Assembly: GCA_951406725.2 (NCBI GenBank)
Contig: OX597826.1
Span: forward strand, 35,960,001 to 36,024,000
Length of the DNA: 64,000 nt
Source: Octopus vulgaris
Taxonomy: Eukaryota
Reading direction: 5' to 3'
The notes beneath the pieces were generated by a model that was given only the letters and a program-made list of their open reading frames with translations, did not search any database and had not been told where the DNA came from. The translations under genes were made by a program, and so were the position numbers. Below, piece by piece: positions 12,594 through 27,035 of the stretch (positions within the stretch are counted from its first letter, which is position 1; each line of letters begins with the position of its first letter).

Positions 12594-13469
12594 GTTATGT
12601 TTGACAAAAAATATCTTCATTAACTAAGTTTTAACACCATCTCCTTCGAAATACTCACCTTGCACCGCAAACCAGCATTCCTGTCACTTTTGGAATCTGG
12701 CCTGAAAATCATTTTCTGTGAGTCAAGGACCTCTTCTGATTTGCTCTGGATCTCTACAACAGTGTTAAAGCAGCAACCTTTGAGCTGCATTTTCATCTTG
12801 GGGAAGAGATGGAATTCTTCAGGTACTAAATCTGGTGAATAGTGTGCGTGCAGAGGTGATACCATGTTGGTTTTGGTGGAAAACCCATGAGTGGGTAGAG
12901 CTCAGTGTCAGGGTGCATTGTCATCACGAAAAATCCGATTCTTCATGTTCTACAAATCCGGTTGTTTTCACTGAATGTCCTTCCTCAAATGCCTCAAAGC
13001 ATCATCGATTGTCCTCTGATGATTCTCAGGCTCAAACTGATAAATTTTCTCCACGTTTCCAGGAGTGACACTCCTGGCAGGTCATCCACAATATTCATCA
13101 TCTTTCATGGACGTTTTTTTTACTTTTGAAGAATTCATGCCACTCAAAACATTGTGTATAACCCTCTTGTTTTGAAGCTTGCTGAAGTATTCTCAATGTC
13201 TCTGTAGAAGACTTACCAAGTTTAATGCAAAACTACATGTTGGCTCTTTGTTCCACGGTCCTGTCCATGACAAAAATCACAGACAACAGCATACACACAT
13301 AATTACAAAAACAACAAACTTCACATCTTGTAAAGTAAACACAGTGATGTCACTCAGGACACTGCCTCATGAAGGTTACTGCTAGCTCTCACTGCATACA
13401 CAACAATGTGCTGCCATCTGTTGGCGTGCTACAGAACTAGTCCAGGAACTTTTTGACACCACCTCATAC
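12592..13469 (-). mobile_element. Internally deleted mariner transposon
   Basis: N-terminus MDRTVEQRANM*FCIKLGKSSTETL, C-terminus YSPDLVPEEFHLFPKMKMQLKG, and one TIR-like end TATGAGGTGGTGTCAAAAAGTTCC. Confidence 0.9.
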
Positions 13470-13489
13470 ATATGTGTGTGTATAATGGG

Positions 13490-13800
13490 TAAAAGAGCTC
13501 CTTTGGTCAGGAATGATCATGGGGTTGTATCTAGAAAGTTCCCCTCCAAGGCACAAGTCCAGGCAAAGTTGTTTTATGGAAGACCAGCAGTCGCTCATGC
13601 ATCCCAGCCTCCGCTCTCCATGCCACTAATGTTATCCATGGGAAAGGCAAAGGCTAATACAGCTTGGCACCAGTGATGTTGCAACTCATTTTTTCAGCTG
13701 AGTGAACCAGAGCAACGCGAAATAGTGTCTTGCTCAAGAACACAACACACAGCTCGTTCCAGAAATTGAACTCACAACCTCATGACTGCCAGCCTGATGA
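13490..13800 (-). mobile_element. SINE family E
   Basis: CAGCTGAGTGAACCAGAGCAACGCGAAATAGTGTCTTGCTCAAG central domain. Confidence 0.75.
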
Positions 13801-14620
13801 CTTCTTTAGTTATTAGTATTACTAGTTATAATATACAGCTGGATGCCCTTTCTTAATGCCAACCACTTCACACCATGGATTAGGTGGTGTATTTTGTTTT
13901 GTGCCACCTGCTCTATGGAGGGCATCATGCAGTTTGTAAGGGTACAGACCCAGCAGGAGGTGGTGGGTGTACTTAGCTTCCCGCCAGAGGACAAAGAGAT
14001 TCCTATGAGAAGTGGGTGGCAGAGCAGGTTCTTGCTGAAGGATCTGCATGACTACTCATGGTCAGTAAGGTAATGGGGGACAGTAAGAGAAAATGGTCTG
14101 TAGGAGCTGTAAGAGATTGATGATAACAATGAGGTGCATGGGTGACCCCTGCAGAGCACAAGATCAGTAAAAGAGGATGGTATGCAAGGTTATATGGGAA
14201 GGCAGCCTGCCATAATTGGTGGTGTTGAAAGGTGAGAGGGAGAAAGAAGAGAGGGTAGGGTGAGGGCAAGTGGCAGGACTAATAAGGATGAGAATCTGTA
14301 GTAGCTGGTGGAGGGGGAGTCAGGCATAATGTATGGAACTGGGGGTGGGTGAGGGATGCTACAGTAACATGGGTGGAGAGCATGAATTATAGCACTTCCA
14401 GAACTCACCTTCTTTGTGGAGGGAATCATTTTAAGTGCCTTATATCACCAGACACCCTAGTCCTTTGTCATCTCTATCATATATCCTATATATATATATA
14501 TATATATAGGTATGTATGTATATATGTGTGTGTGTGTGTATATATATATATATAGGTGTATGTATGTATATAGGTGTGTGTGTGTGTATGTATATATGTA
14601 TGTATGTATATATATATGTA

Positions 14621-14652
<32 letters not shown>

Positions 14653-14658
14653 GATGTG

Positions 14659-14690
<32 letters not shown>

Positions 14691-14698
14691 GGTATATG

Positions 14699-15595
14699 TA
14701 TTTCATTTGAAATTGCCAAGTAAGATATACTGACTGCCAGTGTTAAAAATCTTGTGAAATTCTTTATCCTAAAATCTTTAAAATCAAATCACAATAGTTG
14801 TTGCTTTATTCTTTCCTTCTTCAGGTTGGTTTGTCAATTCTTCATTTTGATTTTGTTCAATTTTGTTTTTATTTGCTTTCAGACGAGACAAAATATATGT
14901 CACACAGATTAATTATTAGACAGGAAAAAACACCAACATAAACCATGGCAAAACTTTATTTCATTACTTTCTCGTAATTTCCAAAAGAAATCAAATTAAT
15001 TTTGGCCTTGTTTTATGCCTTTGTGGATTTAAAAAATTTTCTTTTTATTATTTTTAGCTTTAATTTTCCATCCAATTATTGCACTATGGCATATATTTTT
15101 TGTCTGGCCTGAAAAAAATATATTTCTTTGTTTGTAATTTACAAAATTGTGCCAGGCTAGACATTAAATTGTCTGCGTTTTTAAGGCAGCAGCTCAGTTC
15201 AGACTTGTGGAGGATATGAAGTTACTCCTTAGTCACCACTACTTGTGGTCAGCTCTGTTCCAAGGTGATTATACTTGATAAGGGCTCCAGTTATGGGTCA
15301 AAGAACTGAAGATGGTCCTTTGGCTTAGAAGTAGGCTGCCACCTGAACATGTGTCATACAAGGCCATCAGTGTGTGTGTGGACATTTCAGTTCTACAACC
15401 AGAAAGGTCAATACTCCAAAGTGTAGAAAAGAAATAAAGATAAAATTAGACAAAAACAAAAAGAACCAACCTGAAGAAGGAAAGAATAAAGCAAAGACAT
15501 TCTTATCTGATTTTAAAGATTTTAGGATAAAGAATTTCACAAGATTTTTATTATTGGCTGTCAGTATATCTTACTTGACAATTTCAAGTTAAATA
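14699..15595. mobile_element. Non-autonomous element with ~175-bp terminal inverted repeats
   Basis: 14699-14880 is the reverse complement of 15425-15595, including long exact blocks. TA at both ends. Confidence 0.8.
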
Positions 15596-16911
15596 TAAAG
15601 TGACAGATCTCTCCTACCCCATTGCATCATTATTTAGGATATGGTTGTGATGCATCAGCAGCAGCCCTTTTTATGTGGCACTGACACCAGCAGGGTCACC
15701 AAGTAATTCGCGAGACAAAGTCTTCTCAGCTGAGAGAGGGAGTGGAAGCGAAAGAGGTGCTTGTGTGCCTGGCGAGAAGTTAGAATATAACAAAAGAATA
15801 GAGATAGGTGTCTTGCTAGAAAAAAGATACCTTGCTACCAAACAAGCTTCCACACAGTTTCCATCTTGCATTTTCTCACACAACACTTTGGTCAGCCTGA
15901 AGCTAGAATAAAAGACACTTGTCCAGGGTACTGCACAGTGGGACTAAACCCAAACAATGTTTTTGCAAAGCCAACACCTTAACCACACAGCCATGTCTGC
16001 ACCTATGTAAAACTGACTTTGATGGGATTTGAACTTGTTAGAAGTAGGCACAAATACTGCAAGATATTTTGTCCAGTGTTCTAATGACTCTGCCAATTCA
16101 GCTTTATATTCTTTAAAAATCACCATCATCATCATCATTTAACGTCCATTGTTCATGTTGACATGGGTTGGCTGGTTTGACTAAAAGTGGTAATCTGGAG
16201 AGATGCACCAGGTTCCAATCTGATTTGCCATAGTTTCTATGGCTGGATGCCTTTCCTAATGCCAGCTACTCCAAGAGTGTAAGGGGGTGCATTTTATGTG
16301 CCACAGGCAAATGTATTTTTTTAATAAATGGTGGCCAGTTGCACTTCATAAAGATGATAGAGTGCTGTACTTTATACATATGGTAGAGTACTGTACTTGA
16401 TACAAACAGCTACATAATTGATGTGTTTTTTTTTCCATGCCTATAAGCATGCATGTATTCACATGTGTATTCATGTACATGTATGTATTTATGCACGCAT
16501 TACATGTAAGTGTATCAGTGCATGTAAAGTGTGTGCAACAATGCCATGGACGTTCGTGTGTGTATATATGATATATATATATATATCTAAGTGAACTTCT
16601 GCTTGCCTGTGCAGTGTTCATGTGTATGCATATATATATACATATATGTTTGCACAAATGTATTAGTGAGTGACTGTTATGTGTATGTCCATGTATATAT
16701 GTGCATGTGTGCTTGCTTGGTGTATATTTCAGCATTTGTACATTTTTCTCTGACATTGTGCAAGTGCCTGTGGTATGTGTGTGAGGTTGGGTGTATGCAG
16801 CATACACACATTCTATATTCTTTTTGTGCCTCATGAAAATATACAAACAAGATCATTAAATTTTGCTTAAGACTATAAATGTATTTTACTGTATCTTTCA
16901 TCATGTGTAAT

Positions 16912-16944
<33 letters not shown>

Positions 16945-17040
16945 TGTATATATATATATATATATGTGTGTGTATATATTATGTGCACATATATATATAT
17001 ACACACATACATATATATATATATATATACACATACAGAA

Positions 17041-17081
<41 letters not shown>

Positions 17082-17400
17082 CATGCATAAATATATATAT
17101 ATTGATACATATGCACACATTTATGTTTATGTGTATCTGTATATATGTTTATATATATATTTATGCATGCACACACACACATACACATATGTATACATGT
17201 GTATAGATGTGTGTTTTTTTATTTGTTATCAGTGGTTATATGATTGTCTTTTTTTTGTTGTTGTTGTTTGATTATTTGTTATGAAGGGTATATGTAGATT
17301 TATTTTCATGTTCCATGGGTTGTCTTTGCCAAGTATCTGCTATTTTATGCATTTAATAGTCATCAATAGATGTGGGAAACAAAAGATAAAATAAAAAACT

Positions 17401-17401
17401 A

Positions 17402-17433
<32 letters not shown>

Positions 17434-17498
17434 CAATAATAATAATAATAACAACAACAATAATAATAATAATAACAATAATAATAATAATAATAATA

Positions 17499-17562
<64 letters not shown>

Positions 17563-17564
17563 TA
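17401..17564. repeat. (TAA/CAA)n microsatellite
   Basis: Seen directly. Confidence 0.98.
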
Positions 17565-18442
17565 AATATAAAATAAAAAATTACAAAAGAGAAAGAAACT
17601 GATAAAGCTTTTACATGGAAATAATTCACCAATCTTTAGAAAAGGTCATACTGAAAGAAAAGAAATTTCTAGAGGTTTGCTGTTATTGCAAAGAAGACAA
17701 TAAATAATACCATGACCAGCAGCAATAACAACATCAACAACAACAGTAATTGCAACTGTAGCAGCAACAACAACAGCAACTACGCCAATAACTGTAATTG
17801 TATCAATGTAAGCAAACATAACAACAACAACAAAAACAACAACAGCAGCAGCCATTGCAAAATATATTGTTTTGATGCAAGGTTTCAAAATTGTTTGAAG
17901 ATAGAAATCCTGTGTAGAATCACACCATAATTTGGTGATCTTCGCTGAAATATTTCTACAGACTAAAGTGAAAATGCTGAGTTTGGTCTGAATTCTACTT
18001 AGGATTTACACATGTTTCCAAACGTACAATATGTTGGCAAGCATGTGAGATCTGTGGTTCTCAGAAATCATTTACACTAATTTTATTCATATGTTTTATG
18101 TCTGTTTTTTTTTTTACATAGTACCATAGGTTAGATGGATATATCCTTGAAGCATTGTTTTATTACAGCTGGATACCCTCCCTGTCACTAACCTTTATCT
18201 CTTATTTAACTTGGGGATCTCAGAGGTCATATTTTTTTTAATTTCTTCAACAGAGGGAATAGCAATAACACTGTTCAAAGCTCATGGACCTGTGGAGTGC
18301 GAATGTAAAGCAACACATAGACACATGTACACACAAACTCACATGTGCACACATACACACATATACACACACATCCCCATACAATGGAAGCCTTTCAGTT
18401 TCTGCTTCCAAATTCACAGGGTTTTTAGACTTTAAAACACAT

Positions 18443-18770
18443 ACATCATCATCATCATCATCATCATCACCATCACCACTACCATCATCACCACCATCAT
18501 GACGACCACCATCACCATCACCACTACCATCATCATCATCATCATCATCGTCATCATGACCACCATCATCACCATCACCATTACAATCATCATCATCATC
18601 ATCATCATCACCATCATGACCACCATCACCACCATCACCACTACCATCATCACCATCATCGTCATCATGACCACCATCATCACCATCACCACTACCATCA
18701 TCATCATCATCATCATCATGACTCCCATCATCACCATTACCACTACCATCAACATCATCATCATCATCAT
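18443..18770. repeat. Compound (CAT/CAC)n array with higher-order repeats
   Basis: Recurring CATGACCACCATCATCACC and CACCACTACCATC blocks. Confidence 0.95.
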
Positions 18771-18986
18771 ATTAACGTTTCCAAGCTTGCATTGGACAGA
18801 GGAAATCTGCTGAGGCAGATTTTCCACAATGGTAAGCATTTCCTGTTTCCAGTCCTCAACTGTTTCCAAGCAAAACATTATTACCCAATGGATGGGCATT
18901 TTCCATGGTAGACTGCATCATGTATGATTGTGAGGCTCATTTGCAACTAGCATGTGATGTCAAAACGAAGGTACACATATACATAT

Positions 18987-19030
<44 letters not shown>

Positions 19031-19274
19031 AGATGTATATGCATATATATATATACACACATATTTAAAAGATGAGACTGCACTTGGAATGTTGGTGATT
19101 TTTTCCTCCTTCCTTTCCTTATGGACTTTTCTGTTTCCTGTTTCCGAAGAAGAGCTATGCTTGAAACATAAAACAACCACTCTTTCCTTCTTTGAGTATC
19201 TTATTAATACTTTTCCTGTGCTACATCCTCACATTGTTGTTTTTTACTTGTCTCTTTTCTCCATTTTTTAATCT

Positions 19275-19314
<40 letters not shown>

Positions 19315-20015
19315 GCTCAGTTCTTTGGTCACTTCTTGTAGCTGACAATTGCCCAATGAGATTGAATCTGAGACCATATAATTGAGTGTAAGATTTACCT
19401 GTTCCTATACCAAGCCTATGCCTATTATATACTTACACACACATACATATATACGGATATACCTACCAACTACTGATGAGATCCCAATATGGTTCAAAAA
19501 CCAGTTAAGGTTTTTTCATAACATTTTTCTGAATGTACAGAGAAATAGTTAAATTTGCCATGCTGATATATCTGTTACACAGGCTGCATATATATATTCT
19601 TATTATCATACATACTTATTTATTTTACATACATACATATACAAAAACAATCAGGTATGTACTTATATACACAAACACACATATATTTACAAAGATTTCA
19701 GATAGAAAGATATTAATAATCATGATTCCTGACAAAATAAGTTCATTTTTTTATAGTGCAAATCAGAGAATACTGTATAGAGCTTCAGTAAATGGCTGAA
19801 TTCAATTAAATATAAAAATTTAATATAATAAAAGCGAAATATAATACGATCAAACAGACATTTGGAAATGTGTCATGATTTCCTTAAAGTTCTTATTGAA
19901 ATGTAACTTTTTTCAATAACTATTTTGAAAGACATTCAAGTATAAAATTGCCATTGTTTTGTATCTATCTTTCTCTGCCTCTTTCTCTCTTTCTCTTTCT
20001 CTGTCTAACTATTTA

Positions 20016-20051
<36 letters not shown>

Positions 20052-20087
20052 CACAGATATACATATACATATATATATATGTACATA

Positions 20088-20127
<40 letters not shown>

Positions 20128-20139
20128 TATATATATATG

Positions 20140-21601
20140 ATCAAAATAAAAATATATGAGGCAAAGGATATACATATGTTTCGGGCCTTTATTAGACAGA
20201 TTTATAACAAAGCATAATGTGTGTCTGTGGCCTTCTTCAGCCGCGCACAACAGCTTCCACAAGGACATGTGTTACATCAAAAATTCTTGGTTGGGGATGC
20301 AAATCCTCTCGTTCACGTACGACATAATGCGGCAGCAGCATATGTCCATCTCTTTCTTCTCTCAATGTAGAATGAGGAAACTTGGATGTTGAGGTAATGT
20401 AAATAAATAAATACGTATATAGAGGTGAAGATGGAGGGGCGAGAGTTCGGGACGAGGGATAAAAAATATGTATAAAAAATGTACGTATAGAATAATATAA
20501 AAATGTAGAGGATAAAGATATAAAGAGTTGTAAGGAGATGTAGAGGGGGTATAAAGAAATATAAAGAAATATAAATAAATGTAAAGGCATAAGGTTGTAA
20601 AGTAAAAATAGAAATGGAAATAATAGTAAAAGAAGTAAAAGAACCTGATAAAAACATGATAAAAGTGTAAAAGAATGTAAAGATAAGGGATGTATAGAGG
20701 TCGCGGACCAAGCATGGTGGTCAGGAGATTGATAAAACTTAGTTGTAGAACTGTCAGTAAATTAACAGTTTCGTCGTAAATCAGAGCTGATGAGAATTTA
20801 ATCTGGTTCCTTGAATTAAATGGACTTCCAGTACATACATATCATCATGGATACATACACCCACATACACGCGTACATATACGTCTCCAAGCCTATAAGC
20901 ATACATACGCACTCGCGTGTAGACACGTACATAAACACACACGCATCCACACGCACGCGCGCACACACACATATATACATACAACAGAATATCCGCATAT
21001 ATAGACGGACATTACGCGCGTACACGCTCACATGTATATACGCGCGCCCCTCACTACATACACACACGTATATGTCCACGCCTCTAGGTCTAGGTATAAG
21101 ATATTAAAGGATGTGTATAAGAACGTATGTAAAGAATCCCGTACTCATGTTAATACGCGCACGCACACACGGCTGTGTGTCCGTATGTGCGTGCACATAT
21201 ACACTCATATACACACACAGAGACACACGCGCACATGGGTATAGCCATAAGATATCGAAGTATGCATGTACATATACGCGCGTGCACATGTATGTATGCG
21301 CATACACACGTACGCGGACGCTCGCATACTCAAAAGGCGGATCCATAGGTAAGTAAATAAACATATATAGAGGTGTAAAGCGATAAATTAGGGGTAAGAA
21401 TGAGGGTAAGGGTAAAGATTAGAAATAAAAAATACAGTATAAAATAAGAAATACAATGTAATAGTTAGAAATGAAATATAAGAATTATAAGGGTTATAAG
21501 AGTTAAGGTAAGGGATGAAAATGAAAATGAGAGTAAATGGAAGTAGAATAAAAGTAAAAATAAAATTAAAAATAAAAATAAATGGAAGTAGGATAAAGAT
21601 A

Positions 21602-21602
<1 letters not shown>
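20140..21602 (-). mobile_element. Probable PLE-derived 3' segment in (TA)n
   Basis: Hammerhead-like motif at 20171-20240 (-), strand-asymmetric low-complexity sequence, CpG-rich compound repeat, and TA flanks. Confidence 0.45.
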
Positions 21603-21641
<39 letters not shown>

Positions 21642-21687
21642 TGTATGCATGTATGTATGCGTGTATGTATGCATGTATTTATATACA

Positions 21688-22658
21688 CAGGGGTGATTAA
21701 AAAGTAAGTCCCTGTTTTTAGAATACTTATAATTTATTTATTAACTATAATTTTTTCTCAAATTTCTTGTGTATATTCTTGTGTATGGGAATTGATTCTA
21801 TGTTGTGTTTTTTCAGATAGATTATTTTGTTTGAAATTTGGAAGCCCTACAAACATGGTCTGAGTGCTTTAAAAATATCCTCTGGAGTGATGAAGTGGCA
21901 TCAGTGGGTTTACGAACCATCACAACTGCCACTACTGAGCAGAAAATCCTCGTATTACTTGTGAAAAAATGCAGAATCAGCCCAAGGTAACGCTATGGAG
22001 TGGAACGACTTCAGACAGGATTGTGGGTCCTTTCAATGTTTGCAAAACCAGGAAATCTGGCCACTTTTCAGTACTTGGGAGAATATTGAAAATTTCATTT
22101 TTATACAAGATGGTGCTCCTCCACATTATTGTTTGTGAATGGCTGAATGCTCACTTCCCTGGGAGATGGATGGGTCGTCAAGGTCTGCATGATTCGCTGG
22201 CCAGAAACCCTGATTTGCCACCCTGTGACTTTTTTCTTTAGGGTTAGTTAAAGGAGCAAGTCTACTCTACCAAACCAACAACTTTGGAAGATCTTAAAGG
22301 GTGAATACGAGAAGTCATGTCTTCCAGCCCACAAGTGTCCCTGATGAAATTTATTGATGCAGTTCTTGGGCAGCTTGAGAAGCTGGTGATGAATGCTGGT
22401 GCCTATATCAAATTTTAAGTAAAACTCCTTACTATATACTTTCTTTACATTTTCATCTTTTGGGAAAATTATAATTAATGAATAAATTATATTTTGTTGT
22501 GTCTGGGGAGAGTCATTCTCTTTTAGTGCTTTATAATTTAACACACGCACCGGTAAAGTTTCCACTCATTTACTTATTTGTTTTTCTAAAATTTTCATTG
22601 CATCTTGCAACCTTTTCAGTAGTATTTTAAAATAGTGAATTACTTTTCAATCACCCTG
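21688..22658 (+). mobile_element. Decayed Tc1/mariner-superfamily element (rosa/DD41D-like motifs) with TIRs
   Basis: TIRs CAGGGGTGATTAAAAAGTAA / TTACTTTTCAATCACCCTG. Motifs QDGAPPH, WLNAHFPGRWMGR, RNPDLPPCDFFL and KEQVYSTKP. Confidence 0.9.
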
Positions 22659-22779
22659 TTTTATATTTCCTGAGCGCCATACTAATACAATTGTTTGTTT
22701 GTATTCCCCCTGCCTTCGTCTTTTGTCTATTTTCATAAAGCTTCCCGTTATATATATATATATATGCATACATACATAT

Positions 22780-22881
<102 letters not shown>

Positions 22882-22929
22882 TACATACAGATATATAGAT
22901 ATAGATATAGATTTAGATATACAGAGAGA

Positions 22930-23332
22930 GGCATGGCTGTGTGGTCAGAAGCTTGCTTCCCAATCCTATTGTTTGGGATTCAGTCCTCCTGCATAGTATC
23001 TTGGGCGATGTTTTCTACAATAGCCTGAGGACTGACAACAGCTTTGTGAATAGATTTGGTAGGCAGAATTTGATAAGAAACCCATTGTGTGTGTGTATGT
23101 GTTCGTTTGTCCTCCATCACTGCTTCGCAACTGGTATTGGTGTGTTTGCACTTCATTAACTTAGCAGTTCAACAAAGGGGCCTGATAGAATAAGTACAAA
23201 ACCAAGCTTTACCAAATATGGGTCCGGTCAAAATTCATCTTATTAACGATTCTTGGGTCCGGTCAAAATTCATCTTAACATTTCTTCAATGCAGTTCCCC
23301 AGCATTGCTACAGTCTAATGATTAAAACAAGC
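22930..23332 (+). mobile_element. SINE family A, diverged
   Basis: GGCATGGCTGTGTGGT head, plus an internal 24-bp duplication at 23219/23255. Confidence 0.75.
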
Positions 23333-23643
23333 TATCTATGCTGGCAACGGGTGGACAGTTTGACTGGGATGGCATGATGAAAGGCTGCACCAATCTCATT
23401 TAGCATTGTTTTCTATGGCTGGATGCTCTTCCTAACGCCATCCACTCCAAGAGTGTAATGGATGCTTTTACATGCCACGGGCATGGGTGCCAATTTGTGT
23501 AACACCAGTATTTGCTACAACTGGGATTTTGCTCAGCTTGATGGATCTTCTTCTGAAGCACAGCATAATTACAAAAGTCCTGGTCATTGCCTCCATGAGG
23601 CCCAACACTGGAAAGCAACTCAACCACTTTGTCTCCATGTATA

Positions 23644-23697
<54 letters not shown>

Positions 23698-23751
23698 TAT
23701 ATAGATACGTATATGTACATGCTTACATCTATACGTATATATATAAATATA

Positions 23752-23992
23752 GTTAGTTAATCCAAACATGAAAACACAAACAGAAAACACAACAACATGA
23801 GGACGTGGAACAAGTATAGTGTTATTGGACGTTCAGGAAAGGATGGAAAGGAGGAGGATTTAACGTTTCGATGGGAGCTCTTCGTCAGAAACATAGGAAA
23901 AGGAAAGATCAAAGGAAGGGAAGATGGAGAAAAAAAATCACCAACGGTAAACACGCGGTCACATTTTGAATTTCATGACGTCCTGTGCCCAC
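23752..23992 (-). mobile_element. Short PLE-type cassette with hammerhead motif in (TA)n
   Basis: Minus strand TTT-CTGACGA-A-GAGCTCCCATC-GAAACGTTA-AA at 23858-23892. Confidence 0.6.
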
Positions 23993-23995
23993 ATA

Positions 23996-24041
<46 letters not shown>

Positions 24042-24056
24042 CACACACAAATATAT

Positions 24057-24165
24057 ACTGCCTCCAACTCTTCTCCCACTCCCTCCTATTTTACTCTTTT
24101 ATTCAGCCCCTTCCCACTTATTCTTCTCTTCCTTTCTCTCTTTACTTCTCCCATCTTACCACCGA

Positions 24166-24198
<33 letters not shown>

Positions 24199-24612
24199 TC
24201 CTACTGTTTCATCCTCCTCCTTTGTTCCTCTATCCCTCCCTTATATAACACATGCTGCACTTAACTGTGATTGTTTATATATCAAGAACAATATATATAG
24301 TATCACCGGTGCTTTTCTTTCCCAACTTTCTGGCTGACCTTTCCTTAGCCACTGCCAAAGACAATGAATTTCCTGATCATGCTTGATCTTACGGAAATCT
24401 CTTAAAATTTCCTTTTCAACATGATAAATAAGCAGCCTTAGCCATACATATAACATAAAAATAGCATACACACACACATACATACATACATACATACATA
24501 CATACATACATAAATGCATACATACATATATATGTACATGTACATATATATATATATACATACATATACATATATATATAAACACACACATATATATATA
24601 TATATACATATG

Positions 24613-24671
<59 letters not shown>

Positions 24672-24866
24672 GTATCACTACTTACTTCTTGGTTACTTTT
24701 TCGTCTATGTCTTCATATCATCTTCTTCCTCCTTTTCTTCTTCCTTTTCATCCTCCTCCTCAACTGCCTCCAACTCTTCTCCCACTCCCTCCTATTTTAC
24801 TCTTTTATTCAGCCCCTTCCCACTTATTCTTCTCTTCCTTTCTCTCTTTACTTCTCCCATCTTACC

Positions 24867-24908
<42 letters not shown>

Positions 24909-25335
24909 TCCTACTGTTTCATCCTCCTCCTTTGTTCCTCTATCCCTCCCTTATATAACACATGCTGCACTTAACTGTGATTGTTTATATATCAAGAACA
25001 AAGAGTCCCTCACCGGTGCTTTTCTTTCCCAACTTTCTGGCTGACCTTTCCTTAGCCACTGCCAAAGACAATGAATTTCCTGATCATGCTTGATCTTACG
25101 GAAATCTCTTAAAATTTCCTTTTCAACATGATAAATAAGCAGCCTTAGCCATACATATAACATAAAAATAGCATACACACACACACACATACATACATAC
25201 ATACATACATACATACATACATAAATGCATACATACATATATATGTACATGTACATATATATATATATATATATATATACATACATATACATATATATAT
25301 AAACACACACATATATATATATATATACATATGTA
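24057..25335. repeat. Near-identical tandem duplication, period ~706 bp
   Basis: 24057-~24660 repeats at 24763-~25335. Confidence 0.95.
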
Positions 25336-25428
25336 TGCATATATATACATACATATATATATATACATATACATATATATACATATACATATATACATAT
25401 ATACATATACATATACATTTATATATAC

Positions 25429-25461
<33 letters not shown>

Positions 25462-26063
25462 AATACATATATATATATGTGTGTATATGTATGCATATAT
25501 ACATATATATGTATATATATATACACACACACACACACTTATGACATATATATACATACATTCAACAGACAAGACACAGCATTTTGCTGCTTTCATTATA
25601 CTTCCAACAATGATCTGAAAATGTCTCAAATGCAGCTGAATTGAATATGTCTTTATATTGTGTATATATTCATACATGGATATATATATAATACATACTC
25701 ATTTATAAATACATGTATACCTAATGCTATTTATATAATAAAATCTTTATATGTGTGTGTGTGTGTGTGGGAGTGAATATTTATATTTGTATGTATATAT
25801 ACACAGATATATGTGTGTATGTATGTGTATGCCTACACATGCCAAAAGATCACCAGTCAATGATTTTGTGGGAATGTGCAGATTGTGCAGTTCACTCTTA
25901 TGCAGTAGAATATGCAAGATAAGAATAAGTGTGTATGTTTACTTATATATATGTACATACATACAATGAATGTCAAAGGATGATGATGATGGTGATGATA
26001 ATGATGATATATCAATATATATATATATATTTATATATCGAGATACATATATATATATGTATG

Positions 26064-26122
<59 letters not shown>

Positions 26123-26987
26123 GCATATATGTATATATATATGTATGTATATATGTATGTATATGTATTTATATATATATATGTGTGTGTGTGTATATTA
26201 ATATATATATATATATTTATATATCGATATATATATATTTATATATATATATACACATGTATGTATGTATATATTGTTTTAGGTCTTGGTATTAATAGAA
26301 CCAATATTTCTTGAGGTGGAACAATGACCATGTCAGCTAGAAGAGAGTTGTGTCAAAGAGCAAGATTTTGTTAATGACAGCAACCTTTCTCATTCATTGA
26401 TCATCCACTTTTCTTTCTGTATTTCGCTCTTGAAATCTAGATGTCTTTCAAAGCCAAATGATAATGGTCAATCAACATGGCACAGCTACATCCTTTGTAG
26501 CTGCTGCAGCTGCACCGATAAGAAAGCTCTAAAGAGTCTCCCTTCATTTGTATTTGAAATAAGTCACATTTAGAAGACAATATAATTGAATAAGACCATT
26601 TTCAAGAACACTCCCACATTTATTCTGGGTGCTTTTACCTGAGTTTTATATATCTTATTTTTTTTGAAGAATACTGAGGAACTTGCATCTTAGTTTCAAA
26701 TCCTCAAAGACAAGGTTCTTTTATTCTTTTATTCTTATTCTTTTATTTGTTTCAATCAATAGTTATACTAGACTGGTGGAAACCATCAAAATTTCTGCAC
26801 CACCACGTTATTATAAACAAACTTTCTGTCTTGAGTTGCTGTATAATTTAGGTTTCATGTTACAGGAAGCATCAGGTGAGAATGTTCTTCCCTGATTATT
26901 TATTTCAGCATTTGAATGGCATTTTGCTCGGTAAGGATTTACAGTTTGGTATCCTATATAATGCCCAACCATTTTGCTCACATCTTA

Positions 26988-27032
<45 letters not shown>

Positions 27033-27035
<3 letters not shown>

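Noticed and set aside
19465-19515. CTGATGA-GATCC..GGTTC-AAAA hammerhead-like string
   Set aside because: G12 is missing and there is no stem I. Too decayed to call.
26283-26532. Acceptors giving short terminal peptides (e.g. VFQSQMIMVNQHGTATSFVAAAAAPIRKL*)
   Set aside because: Such sites are expected by chance in AT-rich DNA. No donor or homology.
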